From assembly GCF_006345805.1 (NCBI RefSeq), contig NC_043003.1:96534001-96598000 (forward strand): 64,000 bases of DNA. The letters run 5' to 3'. The translations under genes were made by a program, and so were the position numbers. Under the pieces are notes generated by a model, which saw nothing but the letters and a program-made list of their open reading frames with translations, did not search any database and was not told the origin of the DNA. This document shows, one piece after another, positions 41,141-53,179 of this stretch (position 1 is the first letter of the stretch; each line of letters opens with the position of its first letter). The DNA is from Octopus sinensis (Eukaryota).

Positions 41141-42454
41141 CATATATATATATACATATGTGGTTAAGAGGCTGGCTTCGTAACACAGTTTCAGGTTCAT
41201 ACTGTGTGAAACCTTGGGCACGTGTCTTCTACTGTAGCCTTGAACTGAACAAAGGTATTCTTTTATTCTGTTACTTGTTTCAGTCATTTGACTGTGGCCA
41301 TGCTGGAACAGTGCCTTTGGTCAAGAAAGTTGACCCCAGGACTTATTCTTTGTAAGCCTAGTACTTTTTCTATCAGCCTCTTTTGCTGAACTGCTAAGTT
41401 ACGGGGACGTAAACACACCAGCATCGGTTGTCAAGTGATGTGGGGACAAACACAAACACACACACACACACACACATATGTATACAGCGGGCATTTTTCA
41501 GTTTCCATCTACCAAATTCACTCATAAGGCTTTGGTTGGCCTGAGGCTATAGGGCTATAGTAGAAGACACTTGCCCCCACCCCACCAAGGTACCATGCAG
41601 TGGGACTGAACCCGGAACCATGTGGTTGGTAAGCAAGCTAATTACCACACAGTCACTCCTGTGCCTGTGAGTGAATTTGGTAGATGTAAAAAGTAAGAAG
41701 GCTGATGTGTTTGTTGTGAGTGTGTGTGTGTGTATACATTCACTCACACGCACACACACACACACACACAATTACAGATATACTCTCTTTTACTTGTTTC
41801 AGTCATTTGACTGCGGCCATGCTGGAGCACCGCCTTCAGTCGAGCAAATCGACCCCGGGACTTATTCTTATAAGCCCGCTACTTATTCTATTGGTCTCTT
41901 CTGCCGAACCGCTAAGTAACGAGGAAGTAAACACACCAGCATCGGTTGTCAAGCAATGTTAGGGGGACAAACACAGACACACAAACATACATGCACACAC
42001 ACATATATATATATATACATATATACGACGGGCTTCTTTCAGTTTCCGTCTACCAAATCCACTCACAAGGCATTGGTTGGCCCGGGGCTATAGCAGAAGA
42101 CACTTGCCCAAGATGCCACGCAGAGGGACTGAACCCGGAACCATGTTGTTGGTTAGCAAGCTACTTACCACACAGCCACTCCTGATATGTTTCTTTGTTT
42201 TGCTTTTGACATTTGCATACTACTGGTAAATAATGCTACTGTTCATACAAAAACTGTGTCATTTGTTTGCAATATTCTGTGAAAATGTGTTTATTTATTG
42301 AACTACTCATGTTTGAAGAATGAGGAGAAATATTCCTTTGCTTGGGAACAGGTGAGGCTTGTTAACAGGAAGAGCATCATGATGTAGAAAATTTGTATCA
42401 ACAAGTTTTGTTTGACCCATGCAAACAGAGAAATAGATGTTGTTGTTGCTGTAA

Positions 42455-42697
42455 TGGTGGTAGCGGTGGTTGTAGTGATAATGGATGTGGTGGTTGTGGT
42501 AGTGGTGGTAGTGGTGATGATGGTGGTGGTGGTGATGATGGTGGTGGTGGTGATGATGGTGGTGGTGGTGATGATGGTGGTGGTGATGGTGGTGGTGGTG
42601 ATGGTGGTGGTGGTGATGGTGGTGATGATGGTGGTGGTGATGATGATGGTGGTGGTGGTGGTGGTGATGGTGGCGGTGGTGATGATGGTGGTGGTGG
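42455..42697. repeat. (GGT/GAT)n trinucleotide tract
   Basis: Seen directly; produces spurious poly-His/Val/Gly ORFs. Confidence 0.95.
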
Positions 42698-45600
42698 TTC
42701 AAGTCTAACGTAACATCTAAGAAGTTTACTATTTTCGTGTTAGTCATAAATTCTAGTTTTAGATTGAAGGATTTGAAATCCTTCAATCAAATCCTTCAAT
42801 CTAAAACTAGAATTTATGACTAACACGAAAATAGTAAACTTCTTAGATGTTACGTTAGACTTGAACAAGCACCTTCACTACTAGATACATCCACACCTCT
42901 TCCAACCAACCACCCTGTATAATTAATACCACGGTTCAAGCCATCTCAGACAGACTCACTAAGCTATCCTCCAACAGAGATATATTCAATAATTATGCAC
43001 ACCACTACAACCAGGCTCTCTTTAGTGCTGGGTATACCCAGAGAATATCCTATGTAGACCCCCCAGGAACGTCCGTCAGCTGTAAAACTCCCACATATAA
43101 GCGAACTCTGTATTCAGCCCAAGCTAACGCTAATTCTAATTTAACTTCTAACAGAACTAAGCAACGTATAGAAAGAAGGCGAACCAATAGAATGGTACAC
43201 AATGAAAACCCTTCCGACAAGAGTAACACCGATCATATTAGGGGAAATAGAGGCAGAAACAGTAGATTACGTAACTATATATGGTACAACATAGCAGTTA
43301 TGGGTAAATTATGTAAGAAAATATTCTCTATTATTTCCAACAACTTCCCACCCACCCATAAGTATAGAAGTATCTTCTCTAACAAAACCATTAGGATCTC
43401 CTACTCTACCCTGCCCAACATGAGCTGCCTCATAGCTAAGCATAACAATATTAACATTAGAACAGCTAGATTAGGAGCAGGCTATAATGACCAATCAAAC
43501 CCCATTCATCCAGGCAGTAGTCAATATAATTGGGCTGGCAACCATAATACCCAAACCGCTAGTAATAACACCCGTCAACACAACAGAGGCAACACCACAC
43601 CCATCAACAACCAGGAGGATAACAGTGCTCCTACACTTAATGCAACACCTCCCCCTGGGACTAATAGCACACGACCGGGAAACGCAGTGCCCTGCAACTG
43701 CATAAGTGCATCCGAATGTCCGTTTCATGGGGAATGTCGGGCTAAAAACGTAATCTATTCATGTGAGGTGAGTACCCAGTTTAACACACTCACCTACATA
43801 GGTTGCTCGACCTCCTGGAAATCAAGATACTACAACCACCGGTCCTCGTTCAAGCATAGACACAAGGCTAGCAGCACCTCCCTATCTAAAAAAATTTGGG
43901 AATTAAAAGACAATAGCATAGGTTTCAAACTCAGATGGTCCATCATCGGATCAGCTGCACCTTATTTAAATAATAGAACAGGATGCCAGCTATGTTGTGT
44001 GGAACTCCTGAATATCTTGAAATTCAAGGAGAAACACAATCTAATTAATAAAAGATCTGAATTCAAGCCCTCTTGTATACACAAACTAACCAATACTTTT
44101 AAATACTACAAAGCTTAGGCTATTATACCAACTCCCCCATGCAATATCCTCCCATCCAAGTACAACTTGTCAGCTCCAGCACATCCCATTTTTTTCCTAT
44201 ATATATATATTTTTTTTCCTATATATATATATTTTGTCTCCCATATATTTTTTTTCCTATATATTTCTTTTCCTACATCTATCTTTTTCCTATATATATT
44301 TTTTTTTCCCTATATCTATACCTCTTTCCATTTCTAGCTTTGATGTTGAGCGCACACCCCCGAACCCCGCTTCCCACCCTTTCACTTATGACTACTCCGT
44401 AATTTTCCCCTCCTCCCTGCCTCAGTTCCCCTCCCCGCCCCTAGGTGGTCACCTTTAACACACACCTGTAACTTTACCTTTGCAACCACCTTTTATTTTT
44501 ACCTTCATTTCATGTTAATCTTTACTCGATTACCTTTATGTTTTATTTTATTTTATTTTTTATTTCTAATTTTTAATTTTATCCTTACTTTTACTTCTAT
44601 TTTTACTCCTATTTTATCACTTTTTATCTCTATGTATGTCTATTTTTAGTTCTTTTTCCTTATATGCTTATCTATGTATCTGTATGTATATGTATATGTG
44701 TGTGCGTATGAATATGTATGTGTGTTTATATGTGTATGCCTTCTTTTATATTTTTTAATATTTTTTTATATATTTTATATATATCTATATATATATGTGT
44801 GTGTGTCTGTGTATGTATATGTATGTGTATACGCATATATAGACACACAGATATATGTGTGTGCGTGTGGATGTGTGTGTGTGTGGGTCCATGTGTATGT
44901 ATATATGCATGTATGTATATATATATATATGTGTGTGTGTGTATGTATGTACACATATATATGCGTGTGTGTGTATGTGTATATGTATATATATATATAT
45001 ATGTGTGTGTATATATATATATGCATATATATATATATTCTGTTATACTTTCTTACCCTCAGGTTTCTTACTTTCATGTCTACCTTTTGTACCCACTATA
45101 ATTCCGTATCTTGCCTGTGTGCGAGAATGGATCTACTTGTTATACCTGTGTCTGTGCATATGCATATTTTTGTGTATATGCATAGGGATCTACTCCCCCA
45201 TGTGTGTGGGTGTATGCATATTTTGCCCATATGCATAGAGATTCACTTCGTTTTGTGAATGAGTGTAAGTGCGAGTGTGCCTGTATGTGCGCATGTGCGT
45301 GTATGTATATACGTACATATGCGCGCCAGTTCGTGTACCCAACTACATGTGCCTTTTCCCGTATGTATCTGTATATTTTTACATGAGAGTACATATGTAT
45401 GCTTGTATGCATGCCGTTGTGTATGCGTGCGTATATGTGTATATGTATCCATACGTGTATGCATGTACATGTTGACCACTAGACAATTTATGAGGAAATA
45501 GATAAGCGGTTTAACCACAAACCAGACAACCCTAATCTACAATATACTGGGTCCCCAGACGTCCCAGTTGATTTATGACACCCACTGCTTAGGCTTCTAC

Positions 45601-46175
45601 AACCAGAATATGTCATCTTCCTGACCACCATGTTAGTTCGTAACCACTTTATATCCCTTATCCTTATATTCTTTTATATTTTTATATTCTTATATCCTTT
45701 TATATTTTTGATACTTTTTTATATTTTTTTTATATCGTTATATTCATTTATACTATTTTTATATTTCTTTATATTTTTATATTTTATATTTCTATATTTC
45801 TATTCTTTTATCTTTCGTCCTTAATTCTCGCCCCTCTATCTTTATCCCTATTTACTCTTATTACCAGGTTCCTTCACGTCTGTGTGTATTTATATATTTA
45901 TTTATTTATATTACCTCAACATCCAAACTTCCTCATTCTAAATTGAGAGAAAGACGGGATGGATGCTTCATTTTTGTGCTGGTACCGCATTATGTCGTAC
46001 GCGACTGAGAGGATTTGCATCCCCAACATAGAATTTTTGATATAATACATGTCCTTGAAGTAGTAATTGTGCGCGGCTGAAGAAGGCCATAGACACACAT
46101 TATGCATTGTTATAAATCCGTCTAATAAAGGCCCGAAACATATGTACCGCTGAATCCTTGGCATCATGTTTTTAT
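42697..46175 (+). mobile_element. 5'-truncated Penelope-like element: RT end/thumb, GIY-YIG endonuclease, long 3' region with hammerhead
   Basis: IVNFLDVTLDL (RT), YIHTSSNQPP...LSSNRDIFN (thumb, frameshifted), and ORF 43192-44118 with CNC...CPFHGEC..KNVIYSC...TYIGCSTSWKSRYYNH and CQLC...LINKRSEFKPSCIH. It has a 5' inversion, an HHR near the 3' end and terminal (TA)n. Confidence 0.9.
46073..46150 (+). ncRNA. Minimal type I hammerhead ribozyme (PLE 3' end)
   Basis: GCGG-CTGAAGA-A-GGCC...GGCC-C-GAAA-CATATG-TA/CCGC: 4-bp stem I, palindromic stem III loop, GUA triplet (cleavage after 46146). Confidence 0.75.
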
Positions 46176-46177
46176 TT

Positions 46178-46219
<42 letters not shown>

Positions 46220-46640
46220 GATTAACCCCCCCACCCCAAAAAAATGGAGAAAAGACAAGAAAAAACAACATGAGAACGTAACATATGTAAAGTATTAAAA
46301 GTAGTAATAAGACACTCGGAGAAGGAAAAGAGTGGCTGTTTTATGTTTAGAGCATAGCTCTTCTTTGGAAACAGGTAACATAGGAAAGTTCCAAGGAAAA
46401 GGAAGAAGGAGGAAAAAAAAATCACTGACAGTCCATGTATTAATCTTTCTATAATATGCAATTTTCTAGATGGTATAATTTAATTTTTCATTATTGAATT
46501 GATAAAAGGTGGTTTTTTTCTAATTTATATATATATATGTCCAACCCATGCTAGCATGGAAAGCGGATGCTAAATGATGATGATGATATATATATATATA
46601 TATATAATATATATATATATATATGTATATATTATACATA

Positions 46641-46838
46641 CAAGGGACTGCTGAAAAGTTCCTGACTTTAAGGGTATTTAGAAAGGCCTGGCTGGAGGAC
46701 CAACCTTCCGAGTACTTTTGCAGAGGAATAAGTTGAATGAAATTATAATTAACTGACCCTCTTGTATTTTCTTTTACCCAGAACCAGAAACTGTTCAGCA
46801 CCCCTCATATATATATATACATATATATATATACACAC

Positions 46839-46901
<63 letters not shown>

Positions 46902-47075
46902 TATACATACAAGGGACTGCTGAAAAGTTCCTGACTTTAAGGGTATTTAGAAAGGCCTGGCTGGAGGACCAACCTTCCGAGTACTTTTGCAGAGGAATAA
47001 GTTGAATGAAATTATAATTAACTGACCCTCTTGTATTTTCTTTTACCCAGAACCAGAAACTGTTCAGCACCCCTC
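46641..47075. repeat. Exact tandem duplication (period 269 bp) of a mariner-type MITE with TA/CA flanks
   Basis: 46641-46806 is identical to 46910-47075; same TIR family as the 25861 MITE. Confidence 0.9.
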
Positions 47076-47103
47076 ATATATATATATACATATATATATA
47101 TAT

Positions 47104-47143
<40 letters not shown>

Positions 47144-48469
47144 TCTCTCTCTCTTTTAACTCTTTTACTTGTTTGTCATTTGACTGTGGCCATGCTGGAG
47201 CACCGCCTTTAGTCAAGCAAATCGACCCCAGGACTTATTCTTTGTAAGCCCAGAGCTTATTCTATTGGTCTCTTCTGCTGAACCGCTAAGTGACGGGGAC
47301 ATAAACACACCAGCATCGGTTGTCAAGCAATGCTAGGTGCGGACAAACACAGACACACAAACACACACACACACACATATATATATATACATACATATAT
47401 ATGACAGGTTTCTTTCAGTTTCCGTCTACCAAATCCACTCACAAGGCATTGGTCGGCCTGGGGCTATAGCAGAAGACATTTGCCCAAGATGCCACGCAGT
47501 GGGACTGAACCCGGAACCATGTGATTTATTAGCAAGATACTTACCACACAGCCACTCCTGCGTCTATCATCATCATCATCATCATCATCATTTAGCGGCC
47601 GCTTTCCATGCTAGCATGGGTTGGATGGTTCAACTGGGGTCTGGGAAGCCTGAAGGCTGCACCAGGCCCAGTCTGATCTGGCAGTGTTTCTATGGCTGGA
47701 TGCCCTTCCTAACGCCAACCACTCCGTGAGTGTAGTGGGTGCTTTTTACGTGCCATCTGCACAGGTGCCAGATGGGGCTGGCAAACGGCCATGGACGGAT
47801 GGAGCTTTTTACGTGCCACCGGCACGGGGACCAGGCAAGGCTGGCAACGGCCACGATCGGATGGTGCTTTTTATGTGCCACTGGCACGGAGGCCAGTCGA
47901 GGCAGTGCTGGCAACGGACACGGTCGGGTAGTGCTTTTTACGTGCCACTGGCACAGAGGCCAGGCGTGGCTGGCAACGGCCACGATCGGATGGTGCTTTT
48001 TATGTGCCACTGGCACGGAGGCCAGTTGAGGCGGTGCTGGCAATGGACACGATCGGGTGGTGCTTTTTACGTGCCACCAGCACGGGGGCCAGGCGAGGCT
48101 GACAACGGCCACGATCGGATGGTGCTTTTTACATGCCACCGGCACACACACACACTGATGTACATATGTTTACATGAAAATCACTTAGATAATATATATA
48201 TATATATATATATATATACACTCACACGCATGAATTATGACGGTTGTCTTTTGTAGTCTGAGTAAAATGAATCAGCAGTTTTTCACTCAATGACCTGCAC
48301 AAATGATTTGCTTATAGTGACCATGCCCTCAATTCGAATCAACACTTCCTGAACAGGTGAATGGTGCATCCATATGTTAGGCATCAAAGCGACTGCAGAG
48401 CAACACGAGATGAAGTGTTTTGCTCAAGAACACAATGCACCACCCAATCTAGGATTGAAACTATGACCT

Positions 48470-48613
48470 TACAATCGTGAATGCAACATGCTAACCGCTT
48501 GGTCATTGGCCTCAACATATATATACATAAACATACATACATACACACATGTTTATGTATATATATGTTGAGGCCAATGAGCAAGTGGTTAGCATGTTGC
48601 ATTCACGATTGTA
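48470..48613. repeat. Fold-back palindrome of a SINE head (~65-bp arms)
   Basis: 48470-48534 is the reverse complement of 48549-48613 with 2 mismatches. Confidence 0.92.
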
Positions 48614-49086
48614 TAGTTGACAATCACACACACTGATGTACATATGTTTACATGAAAATCACTTAGATAATCTTGACTGGTTTAAGTTTAGCTCACCTTG
48701 TGCAGTTTACTGTAAGCTGTCAAATAATCAATACAACACAACTTACAGTTACAGGTAAATGTGTTAATTACAGTTTAAGGTAATATATTTTCACGTGGCC
48801 AGTTATTACACTTTAACAGCAACTGTTGCCCAGTGTCTTTCAATGAACAAAAATCTAAGTGTGAAACCATGTACTTACTGATCATTGTTTTTATAAGATT
48901 CTACATCCAGTAAACATTTATGGCAATAAAGTAGACAACATCTCTATTCCTTCAGCCATCTCATGTTTCAAATAAGATCTTGAAAATTCAGTAAAATGGT
49001 GGTATTATGAGGGTGGATAGAAAGATGACAATTAGAGTTTGTGTCTCAATATTCTGTCCTCAGTTAACACAGATACACATCTTTAA

Positions 49087-49307
49087 CCCTTTCGTTACCA
49101 ACCCGGCTGAAACCGGCTCTGGCTCTTTAGTATAAGTGTCTTGTTTTCATAAGTTTTGAATTCAAAATTTCCACCAAATTTTAGTCACAATTTATGTTCC
49201 TAACACTAGCTCAATGATAACGATGTTATTTTACTAAATTCTTTCTTATATTTAAAATAATTGGAAGAAACACAGAGCATCTCAAAATAAATACAGTAAC
49301 GAAAGGG
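49087..49307. mobile_element. piggyBac-like MITE
   Basis: Perfect 12-bp TIRs CCCTTTCGTTAC / GTAACGAAAGGG with TTAA on both sides. Related TTAA-CCC elements at about 9550-9778, 10180-10400 and 33790-34017. Confidence 0.85.
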
Positions 49308-52300
49308 TTAATACCCTCTATCTGTCTTTACTTTTTACTGTCTAACCCTTTTACAGCAGAAATCATGTACATCAGCTCAAAATTTCATAACCCTTAACTA
49401 TGGAAAGCAGTTTTATATATCAGTCTATCTTCTGTTGAGGAATGACATGGTTGAAACTATTTTTTGTTGAAATATGTCAAGTTTATTGAGGTAATATTTT
49501 TTGCAGAAAATACCAAATTTACTTTTTGGTAGATATGTATTAACATCATTACTGGAATAACCATGGAATTCAATTTGGCAATGAAAGGGTTAATACTAAC
49601 ACCACATGCTTATGCAACACCTATATTTATAATTATCAAAAAGTACTGTAAGGTATGGCAAGCTGCTAAGAAACTTACCATGCCCTCCTGTTTGCTACTC
49701 CCTGATGCATCATTTCACTCTACTTACATTGTCAGAATGAAAATCACATAAACCGCAAGGCTTCTGTTTATCTTAAATAAGTAATTGATTTAAAAATCAG
49801 GGGACAAAGTAGCCCAACAGAGTTTCCTACATGAAAATGGTCTTATTGTCAACTATAACTTACATGATTAGTTGTGAAATAAATTATCTCGGCATGGAAT
49901 GACTGTGAAAGTTTCAAAGCTTCTAGAAGCATTCATTTATTCAAACCTTACTACAACCATCTTGTTGTACCTCCAGTTCAGACTCCATTCTATCACAAAA
50001 GAATGGAAGTAAAAACCACTAAAAAGTAATTGGTGTGTTTCATACTGAACTGATTAGCTGTGATAGCACTTATAAAAAAAGGTGCATGCATGGCTGTATG
50101 GTTAAAAGGTTTGCTTCCCACAAGTTCAGTCCCACTGCATGGCACTTTGAGCAAGTGTCTTCTACTACAACCCAGAGCCAAACAAAGCCATGTGAGAGGA
50201 TTTGGTAGATGGAAAATGAAAGAAGCCCATTGTGTGTAAATATGCATACATGTATATGTGTTAGATTTTTGTGCTACATATAATATGCAACTCAATACAA
50301 CCTGTTGTGTAGTTGACCATTGACGACTAAACTGGTAACCCTACCATCTCTACTTAATAAGAAAGATGGTTTGATTGGACACCCTGCAGAGTGCAAAATA
50401 AAACCTGTCAAAAGACAAGTAAGCTCAGTAGAGTCAACAGCCATCCAACAGCTGAGAGTGAAAGACCTCTGGTCTTTGTTCAGACATCTCACTAGGATAG
50501 GGAAATGCAAAATAACATCCATCTCATTGCAAAGTCATAGATCTTGCTCTTACTTGTTCCTGGACTATTTGGCTTTGCAGGTGAGAGTCTAAGTAGTGCT
50601 GTGCAAGCTGTTACCGAACTTGATAGGCACTGCTGATAGGCATTGTTGTTAACATCAAGGATAAGACAATCTATCAACAATGGTCATATATATCTATGAG
50701 TTTTCAGTCACCATGTATACATATTCATAAGCATATGGCATGTACATGGGTTTGTGCTTCCTTGCTTTGATATAATGTAATAGCTGTAAGCGAGTGTCAC
50801 TGTCATACAAGTGGTGTTCTTCATTTCCAATCTTCTGTAGAAACATGACTTCGACCATGGGGAAATATTACTTTACTTGGAAACAGGTGGTGGCTGATGA
50901 CAGAAATGGCATACAGCTGTAGGAAATCTGCCTCAACAAATTCCATCTGACCTATGTAAGCATGGAAAAGTGAACATAAAAAAAACAATGATGATGTAAA
51001 CTGGACAATTTCAGACAATTTCAAGGCTCAGCTATATGTAATTAAGTGGCCATTGTTAATTTGATACAACTCCATCATTGTAACCTTCATCTACAATAAA
51101 ATATGCATTATTGACCCTCCAAGGCCCTAATTACTTGACAAGCTGATTACTCATCAACATTCACATCATCATCTCTCATTCACCTTCCCTGCTGGAATGG
51201 GTTTTTGGAAAGGTTCTTATGGTTCGACTCATCTCATATTGAGTGTTGCTGCTTTTCATTGAGTAATGCTTGCATTAATGTCATTTGACTTAGTTTATAT
51301 GACTGGATGCTCTTCCTGTTGCCAACCACTTTACAGAGTATACTGGATGTAGGACCTCAGAATCCTGTGCATTCTATGCTCAGTTGGCCACCACTTGTCA
51401 GGGTATATTGGGAACATTTTGTGGCACCAGCACTAGAGAGATTGTTTTGCACACCCATCACTCTGAGGGAGTGCACATTTTTGGCATTCTGTTGTGACAC
51501 CAGTACAGGATGGGGTTCTTATGGACAAAGGACAATGTAGAAAGTACTCAAAGAGCTAAGACATGTAGGAGAGGGATGGAAAATAGTTGGGGAGAATGAA
51601 AAATAGTTGTGGCATGTGGGAGTTTCTGAATGATACACCTAATGAAAAATTACCTTTATTTTTTCAGTAGTGTGGCCTGCCTGATGATGAGTTATATCAC
51701 ATGTGACCCATTTCTTGAAAAAGGTTGCCCATGCCTGACCTAGAGCATGTACACTTACTCAAGTGACCAAGGAGTGAATTAGAAGAGAGAGCTGATTAAT
51801 AACAGTAATAAATACTTGTAGCGAGGTCCAAAAGTACTGGGACTAATTTAAGCTGTAGTTTTCAGATTAATATCTGATACTTTTTTTTTTAGAAATATTG
51901 ATGAAAAAAATAAAATAGTCCCTAAAATAGATGATACTACAAGTTGCCACCATAGAAGTTGTTGGGGTTGCTTAATGGAAGATTATGAATGAAAGCATAT
52001 CAAAAGAGGACTTAATTGCTATTTCTTTGTAATTTTTTGTTTTATTATCTTCTATAGTGACCCTTCCTTGATGGTATATATAACATTCAGTGTTACATAA
52101 CATCTAATGTTATGGACAGGGTGAATATGTGGGTTCATGAACTTTCTAGAATAAGGTTTATCTCCCATTGGAAAGATTATCAACCTTTTAGCACTATCAT
52201 AAAAACACCAACTTCTGAACACTAAAGTTGAGCAATGTTGAATCTAGTTAGTATGCGGATAGGTTTCCATTCAGGAAAACCAGGTGTTGCAAGGATCTTT

Positions 52301-53071
52301 TTTATGTTTTTGCTATATTTACATACATCATCATCATTTAACGTCCGCTTTCCATGCTAGCATGGGTTGGACGATTTGACTGAGGGCTGGCGAACCAGAT
52401 GGCTGCACCAGGCTTCAATCTTGATCTGGCAGAGTTTCTACAGCTGGATGCCCTTCCTAATGCCAACCACTCCGTGAGTGTAGTGGGTGCTTTTATGTGC
52501 CACTGGCAATGACCTCGCCTGAATGTTTTTACGCGTGCCACCAGCACAAGTGCCAGTAAGGTGACGCTGGTAATGATCACGCTTGAATGGTGTCTTTTAT
52601 GTGCCACCAGCATGGAAGCCAGTTAGCCGCTCTGGCACAATAAATCTCAGTTGAACTGAAAGATTGAACAATAACTATTGGTTTTGTCATAATCATTTCC
52701 CATCTTACTAACAATACTCCCAACTGCAGACAGAATCAAAGGAGAACTATCCTTTTTCATTGAACTCTACTCAATGGACAACTATAGGCTTCTTTCAAAG
52801 CTTTTTCTCAGTATTACAAATGTTTCTATTGCTGTCCTTGATTTTGCTAGTCATTGGTTAGATTTAAACTCAGTGTTTCAGTATCACAAAGTGTTGCTGT
52901 TGTTATGTAGTAGCAGATTTAAGATATGCATATAATTAATCAGATATTTAAAAGCTACCTCATAAGGGTTGTAACATATAAACTGGTTTGATGTTTTGTG
53001 CAGTGCCACCTTGTTGCACCTTAAAGATGATCTGTTTGCTTTGGTAATAGGGATAATTAAAAGGAACTTAC

Positions 53072-53179
53072 CGATAATAACATGCATTCCCAGGCTGCAA
53101 AGAGTCTTTATGGTGTAGTAGCCAATGCCTGTGGTTCCCCCAGTGACTATAGCAACTCTTCCATGTTGTGGGGGCAAGG
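53072..53179 (-). CDS. DHRSX: DHRSX-like SDR, exon 2 (108 nt)
   Basis: ttttcag|...|gtaagt. Encodes (A)LPPQHGRVAIVTGGTTGIGYYTIKTLCSLGMHVII with the Rossmann TGxxxGxG motif; closely resembles human DHRSX FPPRPDRVAIVTGGTDGIGYSTAKHLARLGMHVII (recalled). Confidence 0.92.

Noticed and set aside
42307-42786. Poly-His, poly-Val and poly-Gly ORFs
   Set aside because: Translations of a (GGT/GAT)n microsatellite plus the inverted PLE arm.
42761-42801. 13-nt identity (TTGAAGGATTTGA) between the PLE hairpin centre and the start of DHRSX exon 4
   Set aside because: A short AT-rich match; the PLE sequence is explained by its own RT frame, so this is most likely coincidence.
44674-45518. Many overlapping Cys/Val/Tyr/Ile/His/Thr-rich ORFs (also at 7.9-8.3, 35.9-36.2, 40.8-41.3, 53.6-54.2 and 58.2-58.9 kb)
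   Set aside because: Artefacts of (TA)n, (CA)n and (TG)n tracts.
47690-48145. Repeat-spacer-like array resembling CRISPR
   Set aside because: The variable segments are related to each other, the array is internal to a multi-copy eukaryotic SINE, and no cas genes are present.
50292-50680. Cluster of short ORFs and a donor-like GTAAGA in DHRSX intron 2, considered as exon 3
   Set aside because: No SDR similarity and no matching phase; the real exon 3 was found at 34146-34214.
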